Notes: generated by a model from the sequence alone, not told the origin. 64,000 bases of DNA from an uncultured Candidatus Peribacteria bacterium (GCA_964343715.1 CAYFJZ010000006.1:96425-160424), one strand, 5' to 3'. Shown: positions 9,611-17,748, counted from the first letter of the stretch. Translations and numbers: made by a program.

Positions 9611-10003
9611 GTGTCCGAAACAAAAGAAATGGAAGTAACCTCAACTCTCTTAGCCCTAGGACTAATGTCATTACTCAGTTTCTGGGCGGGGCACCCAAAA
9701 ACCTCATTTTGGTGGAGTGGAATTTATTTGGTGGGCGCTGGATTTGGCGCCATGATGGCCTGGACCAAGCTGCAAATGGAGAAACGAAGTGGGAGAGCAA
9801 AAGAAACATCCACTGGTATGGCTTCGGTAATTACCGGGATCATTTTGGTGTTGGATGGAGGCTTTTTTGCAGGCCACTACAATATCCTCCAAGCGGGAAC
9901 CAATACAGAATCTTGGATAGCCTTTTGGACGTGGGTGATAGGACTTCAGTTGGTGTTGGTAGGGACCTACGATGCAGCCACAGAAAACCGTCCCCAGTAT
10001 TGA
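9611..10003 (+). CDS. Hypothetical 4-TM membrane protein
   Basis: GTG start 9 nt downstream of a GGAGG (9597-9601). Four hydrophobic helices. Confidence 0.6.
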   Translation: MSETKEMEVTSTLLALGLMSLLSFWAGHPKTSFWWSGIYLVGAGFGAMMAWTKLQMEKRSGRAKETSTGMASVITGIILVLDGGFFAGHYNILQAGTNTESWIAFWTWVIGLQLVLVGTYDAATENRPQY

Positions 10004-10067
10004 TCTGCTACCCTCCACCCTCACCCTCATCGTTCACCACCGCACCTCAGGTTCTGGGGTGCGGTAC

Positions 10068-10100
10068 ACAAAAAAACAGACCACCCAGTAGAAGGGTGGC
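10068..10100 (-). terminator. Intrinsic terminator for 10134-10991
   Basis: Stem CCACCC/GGGTGG, then TCTGTTTTTTT on the minus strand. Confidence 0.6.
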
Positions 10101-10133
10101 CTGCAAAAGTCATTTCCGTCCCGCCCTTTGAGT

Positions 10134-10991
10134 TTAGAGCACCCATTTCAAAAGGACGGCAATGAAGGCTGTCACAGTCAGTATTCCCGGCAGAGAAGTG
10201 AAAAACCGTTTGGCCCGAAAGAAAAAGATATCCCATTTCCAGTGATCAGGATACTCCTCCAGGAAGAACGCGTTCAGGATTTTGCCGTTTTTTTGGTAAT
10301 GAAAAGCCCGTTCAAGTATCAGTTTTAAGAGTTCTCGAGCCGGGCGAGGGAGATCGTCGGGAAGTTGGTCCAGATTCGTAGAAAAGAAGTGGTGTTCTTT
10401 TCCAGCAATATCCAGCGTTACACATCGGTGGAAAGGAAGGTGTTGCATGAACTGGAAGTTCGTGAGAGTAACCCCAAAATGAGTTTGGCGCTTCAGAGGG
10501 AGCTGGTAGGAGCTTTCCTCAACATCAGCTGTGATCAGGGGCCATCCCGAAGCGAGAGAAACACGAAGGTGCGCTTCTTCCGTTGCACAAAAAACTTTCA
10601 GCGTTTCAAAGAAGGCTTCCCAGCGCTCTCTCTCACCTTTGTTGAATTCCAGGTAGAGTAATCCAGGCGCTTCTCCTTCTCGCAGATAGGTATCTAGACG
10701 ACCGAGAAGGTCCTCCAAAATGGGAATCACATCTTGTGGAGTGTCTGGAGGCAGAGATTCGAGATCACGATTTGTGATAACGAGCTCCAGATCACACATT
10801 CTAATCACTGAGTTAGAGGAGTCTTTCCCAGAGATCGAGTGAAAGATCATCCATTCACGTCCATCACTGAAACGACGTTTATACACCAATTGATTGGAGG
10901 GCGAAGCCCCCCGAGTGAGACCAACCAAGAGCGCATTTTGGAGGTCGATAAGCGTTTGAGAGGGGGAAGTCGCATCTGGCATAGCCACCAC
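10134..10991 (-). CDS. Hypothetical C-terminally anchored protein (paralogue of 7688-8566)
   Basis: Blocks ALLVGL...LVYKRRFSDGREWMIFH and GKEHHFFSTNLDQLPDDLP...ILERAFHY. C-terminal TM helix. Terminator at 10068-10100. Confidence 0.75.
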   Translation of the reverse strand: MVAMPDATSPSQTLIDLQNALLVGLTRGASPSNQLVYKRRFSDGREWMIFHSISGKDSSNSVIRMCDLELVITNRDLESLPPDTPQDVIPILEDLLGRLDTYLREGEAPGLLYLEFNKGERERWEAFFETLKVFCATEEAHLRVSLASGWPLITADVEESSYQLPLKRQTHFGVTLTNFQFMQHLPFHRCVTLDIAGKEHHFFSTNLDQLPDDLPRPARELLKLILERAFHYQKNGKILNAFFLEEYPDHWKWDIFFFRAKRFFTSLPGILTVTAFIAVLLKWVL

Positions 10992-11127
10992 ATCCTTTGC
11001 AAAAAGAGGGAACGGAAAATGACAAAAAAAGAGTCACAAGACTCAAAAAGAGTTTGTTACTCCAAAGCCGCAAAGAGCCCCGTATTCTTAATAAAACAAC
11101 AAAAGAATGTCAAAGCTCCAGAATGGT

Positions 11128-11916
11128 TTAGGGGCTCCTCTTCACTTTTCGTTCTAAACGCACCAAGAGCCATCCCCCCACCAACACCATCCCTCCACAC
11201 AACCACTGTCCTGTACTCAATGGACCGACCATCCCATCGGGGACTTTCCACAACTCAATTCCAAACCGCATCACGCCATATCCCACCAAAAAAATCCCCA
11301 ATAGCGCCCCGGGACGTTTCCAGATCTGGCACCGAAAGAAAAAGAAACAGAGGCCTCCTCCCAGAACCAGATTTTTGGCCAGTTCATATAGCTGGGTCGG
11401 ATGCCGCAGCAGGTAGTCATAGGTAGGGAACATCACCCCCCAGGTCTGATCGGTGGCCACGCCCACCAGTTCTGCATTTACAAAGTTAGCACCTCGACCC
11501 AAGGCCAGAGCAAAAGCCAGCGGAACCACCAAAATATCGGCTATACGAAGAAAAGAAATCTGATTTTTTCGACACCACCAGGCAATCCATCCGGCCGACC
11601 CCAGTATTCCACCATGAATCGACATCCCTCCATGCCAGATCTTGAACACCTCCAACGGGTCGGTCCAAAAAATATGGGGGGCATAAAACAGAAATTCCCC
11701 CAGCCGTCCGCCCAGAATTCCAAACAAAAACCCTCCAAAAACCAGGTGTTCAAATTCCTCATGACCGATTTCGAGATCAGATCGATCCAGGAGTTTGCGC
11801 CCGCCCAAAAGCACTATAAAAAAACCCAGCGCATAGGCCAAACCATACCAACGAACCTCCCACCCAAAGGCCGAAAGTGCTACCGGATCGAGGGTGTGAA
11901 CCCAGGTAAAATCCAT
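11128..11916 (-). CDS. lgt: Prolipoprotein diacylglyceryl transferase
   Basis: Motifs VRWYGLAYALGF, HGGMSIHGGILG and RHPTQLYE. ATG at 11916 avoids overlap with the upstream gene. Confidence 0.9.
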   Translation of the reverse strand: MDFTWVHTLDPVALSAFGWEVRWYGLAYALGFFIVLLGGRKLLDRSDLEIGHEEFEHLVFGGFLFGILGGRLGEFLFYAPHIFWTDPLEVFKIWHGGMSIHGGILGSAGWIAWWCRKNQISFLRIADILVVPLAFALALGRGANFVNAELVGVATDQTWGVMFPTYDYLLRHPTQLYELAKNLVLGGGLCFFFFRCQIWKRPGALLGIFLVGYGVMRFGIELWKVPDGMVGPLSTGQWLCGGMVLVGGWLLVRLERKVKRSP

Positions 11917-11920
11917 AATT

Positions 11921-12535
11921 TTAAGGATCAATAAAATTCTCAAATTTCTCAGCCTTTCTCAGTCCCAACAGATAAACCATACCATTCAATCCCGGGATGG
12001 ACAACAGACGGTTCCACTTCTCAGTTTCTTTGTTGTAGACCTTTTGAAGGTCCACCAGCTTCTGATCAATAAACTCCAGATCCTGCACCACCCGAGCCAA
12101 AGCCGGGATTTTTTCGAGCGAGCCAGATCGCTCGAGATCCGAAAAGAACACCAACAAAAACTTCGAAATCTCATGTTCCAGATGCATTCGGTCGCCCGGC
12201 TGCAGCCGAAAAGAGGTCTCACGGCACTGTCGGTAGATTTTGAGCAGTTTTTCCAGCTCTCCCGACCCCATTTTGCCACTCCTTTCCGCTAGGGTATATA
12301 CCAAAGGAATCGCCATCTGCCGTTTGGTCAGGAAAAAAAGCGTAAACCGCCACAATCGCTTCAGATATGCCTGACGCTGGTGCAATTTCCAGGCTCCCAA
12401 GCCGATCCCCGCCACCAAAATCGTCCCCCCAAGCAGATAAAATCCATACACCTCCCACAAATCCAGCCCCATCTGAAGGGTCTGACTCCACAAATGAAAA
12501 AGAAAATCCGAAAACGTTGGGGCCGCAGAATGCAT
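11921..12535 (-). CDS. LemA-like membrane protein
   Basis: N-terminal TM helix. KRQMAIPLVYTL and the C-terminal VYNKETEKWNRLLSIPGLNGMVYLLGL resemble LemA (RRxDLIPNLV ... YN..v..yN..i..fP). ATG at 12535 lies just downstream of a CTACTCTTTGTTC-type motif. Confidence 0.6.
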   Translation of the reverse strand: MHSAAPTFSDFLFHLWSQTLQMGLDLWEVYGFYLLGGTILVAGIGLGAWKLHQRQAYLKRLWRFTLFFLTKRQMAIPLVYTLAERSGKMGSGELEKLLKIYRQCRETSFRLQPGDRMHLEHEISKFLLVFFSDLERSGSLEKIPALARVVQDLEFIDQKLVDLQKVYNKETEKWNRLLSIPGLNGMVYLLGLRKAEKFENFIDP

Positions 12536-12543
12536 TTGTATAA

Positions 12544-12569
12544 GTGAGGAACAAAGAGTAGAGAATAAC
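12544..12569 (-). repeat. CTACTCTTTGTTCT-type motif
   Basis: The minus strand reads GTTATTCTCTACTCTTTGTTCCTCAC, 9 nt upstream of the LemA-like ATG. Confidence 0.7.
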
Positions 12570-12983
12570 TTAATTGATGCCCAAGAGGATCTCTCCCGGC
12601 TCAGAGAGAAGGAGTCACTACGAAGTAAGAGCTTCGCCACCCGCTCTTATAACAAGAGAGGGTTTCAGAAATTGCGCCATGTTGGCCCTTTCTCTTGCTA
12701 TAAGAGAAAGGGCAGCGAGGATCGAAAGCAAAGAAATATCATTCATAACGAGCAGGATAGAGATCCCTTGGCACAAACAAAAAAGAAAGCCTCTAGAGCC
12801 TACAACGTTTCCACAAAATGCGAAGAAGTCAGCACACTGTGAAATCCAAACTGCTCCAGTATTTCGGCCTTCAGCGCCTCGTCATAAGATAAGGCCGCTG
12901 TAGATTCTTCCACTCGAATTCCGAACTGATCCTGTGATTTTGCCATCAAGATAAGTTTAGTGATTGAGGAGGGGATGAATAGA

Positions 12984-13012
12984 TTGACAAAAAGAGAAAA
13001 GCAGGTATAGAT
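12984..13012 (+). promoter_or_regulatory. Sigma-70-type promoter TTGACA-17-TATAGA
   Basis: Consensus -35, 17-nt spacer and near-consensus -10, upstream of the structured leader and the 13227 ORF. Confidence 0.6.
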
Positions 13013-13033
13013 ACAGTGTTCTTTAACGTCTCA

Positions 13034-13136
13034 AAACGAAGAGCCCTTTGCTCTCACGGTGAGTTTCAATTTTTAAGAAAAAAAGACTCCCACGGAGGAG
13101 TACGCAAGTACTTGAGAGCAGGTTTTCTCTTCGTTT
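13034..13136 (+). ncRNA. Candidate structured 5' leader or small RNA
   Basis: Closing stems AAACGAAGAG/CTCTTCGTTT (13034-43 / 13127-36) and TGCTCTCA/TGAGAGCA (13049-56 / 13113-20). Inner hairpins CTCC-CAC-GGAG and AGTAC-GCAA-GTACT (GNRA loop). Begins ~15 nt downstream of a consensus promoter. Confidence 0.35.
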
Positions 13137-13226
13137 CAATAGTATATACAAGGGTTATTTTTGGGCACCTTCACAAAAGCGCTCAGTAGTCACCCTTGTA
13201 TAAACGTCACTTGCAGGAGATCCACC

Positions 13227-13670
13227 ATGTTGACAGGAAAAGGCTTTGTCCCATTTTTCATTTTGGCCCTGATGCTTATGGCTCCCTTTGGAGATCTGTG
13301 GGCAGGAGGGAAATCAGCCCCCCCCACATTTGCAATTCCGCTGGTTGTGACATTCCCAGCCTCTGTGGAAGTAGGGGGAGAAAAAAGAGTGACGAGCCAT
13401 CTAACGGTCAGCGCCAAGAAGCTCGCAGAACTGGAAACCTTCATCGCCCAATTCAAAAAGGCGCCTGGTTTTACGATCGGAATCCCGGTTCATATCGGCG
13501 GGTGGAAAGAGATCTACATGCTGACACGGCCCCAGGCACAAGCGCTAAAGGCGTGGGTTAAGCAGCAGGGGGTAGGGTATACGCGGCAACTGCACCCACT
13601 TCTGCACTTCAAAACATCGGGCGACAGACCTGCCGCAATCGTCTATCCGGTTGAAACTTCCGGTAACTAG
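13227..13670 (+). CDS. Hypothetical secreted protein
   Basis: AGGAGA 6 nt upstream of the ATG at 13227. Signal peptide FVPFFILALMLMAPFGDLWAGG. Confidence 0.6.
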   Translation: MLTGKGFVPFFILALMLMAPFGDLWAGGKSAPPTFAIPLVVTFPASVEVGGEKRVTSHLTVSAKKLAELETFIAQFKKAPGFTIGIPVHIGGWKEIYMLTRPQAQALKAWVKQQGVGYTRQLHPLLHFKTSGDRPAAIVYPVETSGN

Positions 13671-13762
13671 GCATCATCCCTTCGAGAGAAAACCCCTCCC
13701 ATCCATATGCCGCCACAGAGCAATCTGTGGCGGTTAACTTATAATATAAAAAATCCATCAGT

Positions 13763-13795
13763 CTTTACTCTCTACTCCTTGTTCTCTACTCATCC
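13763..13795 (+). repeat. CTACTCCTTGTTCT-type motif
   Basis: CTTTACTCTCTACTCCTTGTTCTCTACTCATCC lies directly upstream of a 38-codon ORF (13798-13914). Confidence 0.7.
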
Positions 13796-14072
13796 TTATG
13801 AAATTTATCCGTCTTCGCAGATCAGATAGTCTCAAGCGTTACAATATGAAAGGGAAAGCCAAAGATAAAAGGGTGAATTCAGGCTTCACCGGATTATTTT
13901 GGGAAGAAAAGTAATTAAATCCAAAATAAAAACCTCCACTCAATCGACATTCAGAACTAATTTAGGAGAATGAAGTGAGCGGAGGTAAGGATAACCGATC
14001 CAAAAACTCGAGCCTTGCTTTGGTAGCTTTCGGCGTACCGACCGTGTTCTTTAATGCCTTCCAGGGAAAAAC

Positions 14073-14100
14073 TTGACACGAGATCAAATTGATATAAAAT
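14073..14100 (+). promoter_or_regulatory. Sigma-70-type promoter TTGACA-16-TAAAAT
   Basis: Read directly. No protein gene lies within 800 nt downstream. Confidence 0.45.
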
Positions 14101-14106
14101 GCGAAC

Positions 14107-14166
14107 AGTTTTTGTGAGACCGTAAAACGGTTGAAGAGGAAGGCGGCTTTTGGGCCGTCTTTTTTA
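14107..14166 (+). ncRNA. Candidate ~60-nt small RNA between an orphan promoter and an intrinsic terminator
   Basis: TTGACA-16-TAAAAT (14073-14100), then hairpin ACCGT-AAA-ACGGT, then a 7-bp stem AGGCGGC/GCCGTCT followed by TTTTT (14141-14166). No ORF fits. Confidence 0.3.
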
Positions 14167-14641
14167 CAAAAGAGACAAAAAAGGACCAACCTCACATTCT
14201 ACGGACGCTGGGAGAGGGGGTTAGGCCTCATCAGCGACATCGCAAAGCAAAGAGAAGGAAGCAAATGAACTTCTGCTGTAAGCAGTAAAAACATTTTTTT
14301 ATTTTTTTGAAGTGATGGGCTTAGAGAAAGATCATTTACTTCATACTCTTTACTTGAACACCTCAGATTAAAGATAAAAATGAAGTGAAATCCGCCGAAG
14401 CCGGAGAAGGAAGGTTGAAAACAACACTTCTTTCTGCTTTTTCTACTGAAGAAGAGGCGAAGGGGGATGGGGCGAGATGTGAAAGAACTGTGTTTTGAAA
14501 TTTAACTTTCAAATCATCTTACCCGTCGGATAGATTTTAGGCAAATTTTTACGCTTGATAGAGCGGAATGGATATGTTTAAGTATAAAAATATTGAACAA
14601 GGGGGAGGGAGGGAGTGTTCGCTCTGGGATTGATGAAAACA

Positions 14642-14790
14642 GTCATCCCGAATGAAGGAAGAAGAAAGACCAAAGAGATGAGGGATCCCCAAGTGTATCA
14701 AAAGAAAGAGAACTTTCTGAAGAATAGGGGAATTAAGGGATTCCTCGGGTGAAGGTTGTCCGTTTTAGGGGGGGCTTCACTCGGAATGAC
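14642..14790. repeat. REPIN/MITE-like inverted-repeat element, copy 2 (149 bp)
   Basis: Termini GTCATCCCGAATGAAG ... CTTCACTCGGAATGAC. Inner boxes GATGAGGGATCCCC and AGGGATTCCTCG. Confidence 0.8.
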
Positions 14791-14921
14791 TTTTACAAAA
14801 AAAATCCCCTCAACCCCCATTCCCAAGACAAATCGGCCCCCCAAACCTTAAATCAACCTTAAATCCGTATTTGCGTCTCGGTTCAGAAAAAGAAAAAGTA
14901 CGGGTTTTAACCCTTTTTCTC

Positions 14922-17009
14922 ATGTATATCCCGTCTATAAGGCTCTTTTGGGGGCTGCTCGGCCTCTTTCTCCCCCTTGCCACCTACGCCACACCACGAC
15001 TGGTGATTACCAAAATCGATGCCTGTGCCACCTCCGATGCCGAATGGATAGAAGTCTACAATCAGTCGGAGTCAACGCTTGATCTGAGCGAGTGGCGTTT
15101 TTTTGAGCAGGGAAGTAATCACACTCTAAAGGCCCTCGAAGGCCAAAACACCCAACTTATCCCCAATTCTTCCACCGTCATTGTGGACAACCCCACCGCC
15201 TTTTCGGAAAAATATCCCCAATACACCGGACCTATCATAGACAGCAGCTGGGGAAGCCTAAAAAACAGTGGAGAAGAAATTGGGATGAAAAACGAAACGG
15301 GAGCGGAAGAAGAACCATTTTTTACCTATCCCAAATGTGAATCCGACACTTTTTTGGCCCGAGTAGGCCATGACAACAACCCTTCGCAGACAGAAAACTG
15401 GATACTTCAGCCCCTTTCCGAAGCCTTTTTGTCTTTTGATCCCCCTCAATCAGAGCCGGAAGCGGAGGTCCCAGACACCGAGACGGAAACAGAAACCAAT
15501 CCTTCCAAGCAAGAAGGATCCCCAGAATCATCTGTGCCCGAAGAAACAACAGAAGAAGAGATTCCTCAAGAAGAGGCCCCAAAAGAGGAAGAAGAACCGC
15601 TCACGATTCCTATTCAAGAACCCGCTCTAGAAGAAGAGGCCGTTGACTCAGAACCAGATCCTATCGAGGCAGATGGGGGTCCTGTCCCAACCTTTACCGT
15701 CCAGATTACCGAAATTCAGCCCGTAACCATAGGCACAGAAGAGGAATGGTTTGAGTTTGTCATCACGCCTACACAGAACGATCCCATCGATCTTTCGACC
15801 TGGAGTATTCAGAACGGAAAAGGCACCAAAAAACCTTTCATCGAAGCAAAAGACGCTCTCAAAACCAATCAGGTGATCGGTTGGGCCCCCGAAACACAGG
15901 TGTGGACCCCGAATTCAGAGCCTGCTTACTTTTTCTTTGCGCCTTCTCCCCTCACACTGTCCAATGGAGGCAGCACGATCCAGTTGTACCAAAACGACCA
16001 ATTGTTAACCCAAATCACCTATCCAAGTACCAAAAACGGCACCACAAACGGAAAAAAATGGGCCGAGACCTGGAATTTTGCCCCCAATACTCAGCAGCTC
16101 GTCCCCCTGATCACCCAACAAGATCACGATCAGCTTATTCACAGTCAGGGATTGTCTTCGCTCAATTTTCCAGCTGCGCCAGACCACGTACAACTGCAGG
16201 TGAATCAGATCAAATCGAACCCGGGATCCCCCGATCAGATCGATGAAATAAAACTCACCATAACCCATTCCAGTGAAAAACAGGCCAACCTCAAATACCT
16301 CGAAATTCTGCACAATGGGACGACCCTGGTCTGGATAGAAACCGATTTTTATGTTCGAGAAGGGGAGGAATTAAAGCTGCAGTTTGGCCTCCCTTTTTCT
16401 GGGATAGCCGAAACACCTACCGGCTACCTCCTTACCACCGACAAGAGAGGGGGGCTGGTTCAGTCAGGCGGAACAGTCGAGGTACGGCTGTTTGGTTCTA
16501 CCAGTCACGAAACAACAGAAGACTTTGTCTGTTGGGGGGAAGAATTAACCGCTTCTGAACAAGAAAGAGTCAGTAATGCTCAAGATCAGGACCACTGGAG
16601 TGGCAATTGCCTCCTTCCTCCCGATCAAGAAGGTACTTATTTGCAGAGGAAAGAAGGAAATCCCGATACCAACACCAAAGAAGATTTTGAGACCAGCCTT
16701 CCAACCAAAGAAGAAACAGTTATTCCCACCGCCGTGCTCGCTCCCGTCCCAAAAGCCACCGGATCCGCTCCCACATTCAACCGCCGAGCCCTAAAAGACT
16801 GGCTCAAGGCCCAATTACACGATTTTGTGAGTCAGAAAAAAGCCGAACAGGTAAAGTCCCTTTCGTTTTATCAGTCTTTCTTGAGTCGGTTAACGCCGGT
16901 GGCAAAACAGCTGTTGGTAGAGCGGGCGAGGGCTTTCTGGAAAGCAGAGGCATTAAGAGATTCCTCGTATAAAGGTTATACGTTTCAGGACGGTCTTCAC
17001 TCGGAATGA
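14922..17009 (+). CDS. Secreted protein with two lamin-tail-domain (LTD)-like modules and an acidic linker
   Basis: Signal peptide. LVITKIDACATSDAEWIEVYNQSESTLDLSEWRF and VQITEIQPVTIGTEEEWFEFVITP...IDLSTWSI fit the LTD pattern. Glu/Pro/Thr-rich linker. The last 14 codons lie inside repeat 16967-17011. Confidence 0.75.
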   Translation: MYIPSIRLFWGLLGLFLPLATYATPRLVITKIDACATSDAEWIEVYNQSESTLDLSEWRFFEQGSNHTLKALEGQNTQLIPNSSTVIVDNPTAFSEKYPQYTGPIIDSSWGSLKNSGEEIGMKNETGAEEEPFFTYPKCESDTFLARVGHDNNPSQTENWILQPLSEAFLSFDPPQSEPEAEVPDTETETETNPSKQEGSPESSVPEETTEEEIPQEEAPKEEEEPLTIPIQEPALEEEAVDSEPDPIEADGGPVPTFTVQITEIQPVTIGTEEEWFEFVITPTQNDPIDLSTWSIQNGKGTKKPFIEAKDALKTNQVIGWAPETQVWTPNSEPAYFFFAPSPLTLSNGGSTIQLYQNDQLLTQITYPSTKNGTTNGKKWAETWNFAPNTQQLVPLITQQDHDQLIHSQGLSSLNFPAAPDHVQLQVNQIKSNPGSPDQIDEIKLTITHSSEKQANLKYLEILHNGTTLVWIETDFYVREGEELKLQFGLPFSGIAETPTGYLLTTDKRGGLVQSGGTVEVRLFGSTSHETTEDFVCWGEELTASEQERVSNAQDQDHWSGNCLLPPDQEGTYLQRKEGNPDTNTKEDFETSLPTKEETVIPTAVLAPVPKATGSAPTFNRRALKDWLKAQLHDFVSQKKAEQVKSLSFYQSFLSRLTPVAKQLLVERARAFWKAEALRDSSYKGYTFQDGLHSE

Positions 17010-17030
17010 CATGAGGTCATCCCGAATGAC
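16955..17030. repeat. Partial REPIN/MITE-like copy: a right arm abutting a left terminus
   Basis: AAGAGATTCCTCG...CTTCACTCGGAATGAC (right arm, 16955-17010), then ATGAG, then GTCATCCCGAATGAC (17016-17030). Confidence 0.7.
16967..17011 (+). repeat. 45-bp direct repeat A flanking the RAYT cassette
   Basis: GTATAAAGGTTATACGTTTCAGGACGGTCTTCACTCGGAATGACA. Identical to 17780-17824 except one G/A. Encodes the last 14 codons and the stop of the LTD protein. Confidence 0.9.
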
Positions 17031-17058
17031 GGGAGGAAAGAGAAGCAAAGCAGAGGAA

Positions 17059-17081
17059 GGAGCAGGGTTGTGCCCTGCTCC
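17059..17081. repeat. REP-like hairpin GGAGCAGGGTTGTGCCCTGCTCC
   Basis: Lies upstream of RAYT and is followed by AGTTCTATCAAAAAGTCAG, which recurs after the hairpin at 17654-17680. Confidence 0.85.
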
Positions 17082-17148
17082 CTAAAGTTCTATCAAAAAG
17101 TCAGCACAAGAGACCCACAGAAAAGTAATTCATTTACTCTCTCCAAAA

Positions 17149-17652
17149 ATGCCCTCCAAAAGAATTCCAAAAGACCTAAATCAAGGAATATACTTTCTCA
17201 CTTTAAGCGTGAAAAACCTCTATTATCTCTTCGATCGACACAACCGGTGGGGGATACTCGCTTCGAGCCTAGAATTTTGTCGGAGAAAGAAAGCACTTAA
17301 AGTATTCGAATATGTCTTTATGCTCAATCACATTCATTTACTAGTCCAATCCCCAGATGTTTCAGGTTTTCTTCGAGATTTTAAAGCCTATACCTCCAAA
17401 GAATTGAGAATAAATATCCAAGAAAGTGAGCCAACGGTTGAAAAACTGTTTAAAAAAGAGGGAAAGTTTGAGCTCTGGGAAAAGACGAATATGCCCATAG
17501 TAATTGAAACAGAGAAGTTTTATTTTCAGAAGGCTCAATATATCAGGCAAAATCCCGTAAAGAAACAATACGTAGAAAAAGAGGAACATTGGTATTGGTC
17601 ATCTGCGAACTCAAACGGAGGATTGGAAATAGACATAATTGAAGGACGATGA
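17149..17652 (+). CDS. REP-associated tyrosine transposase (RAYT; IS200-like Y1/HUH transposase)
   Basis: HUH motif in FMLNHIHLLV. Catalytic-Tyr helix QYIRQNPVKKQYV and the HWYWSSA tail. Flanked by inverted REP hairpins. Confidence 0.85.
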   Translation: MPSKRIPKDLNQGIYFLTLSVKNLYYLFDRHNRWGILASSLEFCRRKKALKVFEYVFMLNHIHLLVQSPDVSGFLRDFKAYTSKELRINIQESEPTVEKLFKKEGKFELWEKTNMPIVIETEKFYFQKAQYIRQNPVKKQYVEKEEHWYWSSANSNGGLEIDIIEGR

Positions 17653-17653
17653 A

Positions 17654-17680
17654 AGCCGGAGCTGGGCTGTGCCCGGCTTC
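17654..17680. repeat. Degenerate REP-like hairpin AGCCGGAGCTGGGCTGTGCCCGGCTTC
   Basis: Lies immediately after the RAYT stop and is followed by AGTTCTATCAAATAAGTCAG. Confidence 0.6.
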
Positions 17681-17748
17681 GAAACAGTTCTATCAAATAA
17701 GTCAGATCAGGTTTGAAGGAGGGGGGATACGTCACATTAGAAACGTGC

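Noticed and set aside
14240-14300. An SRP (4.5S) RNA-like GGAAGGAAGCA box in the gene-poor region
   Set aside because: Only AGAAGGAAGCAA matches. The flanking conserved helix-8 partners (e.g. the GGUGCUGUU / AGCAGCC context) are absent.
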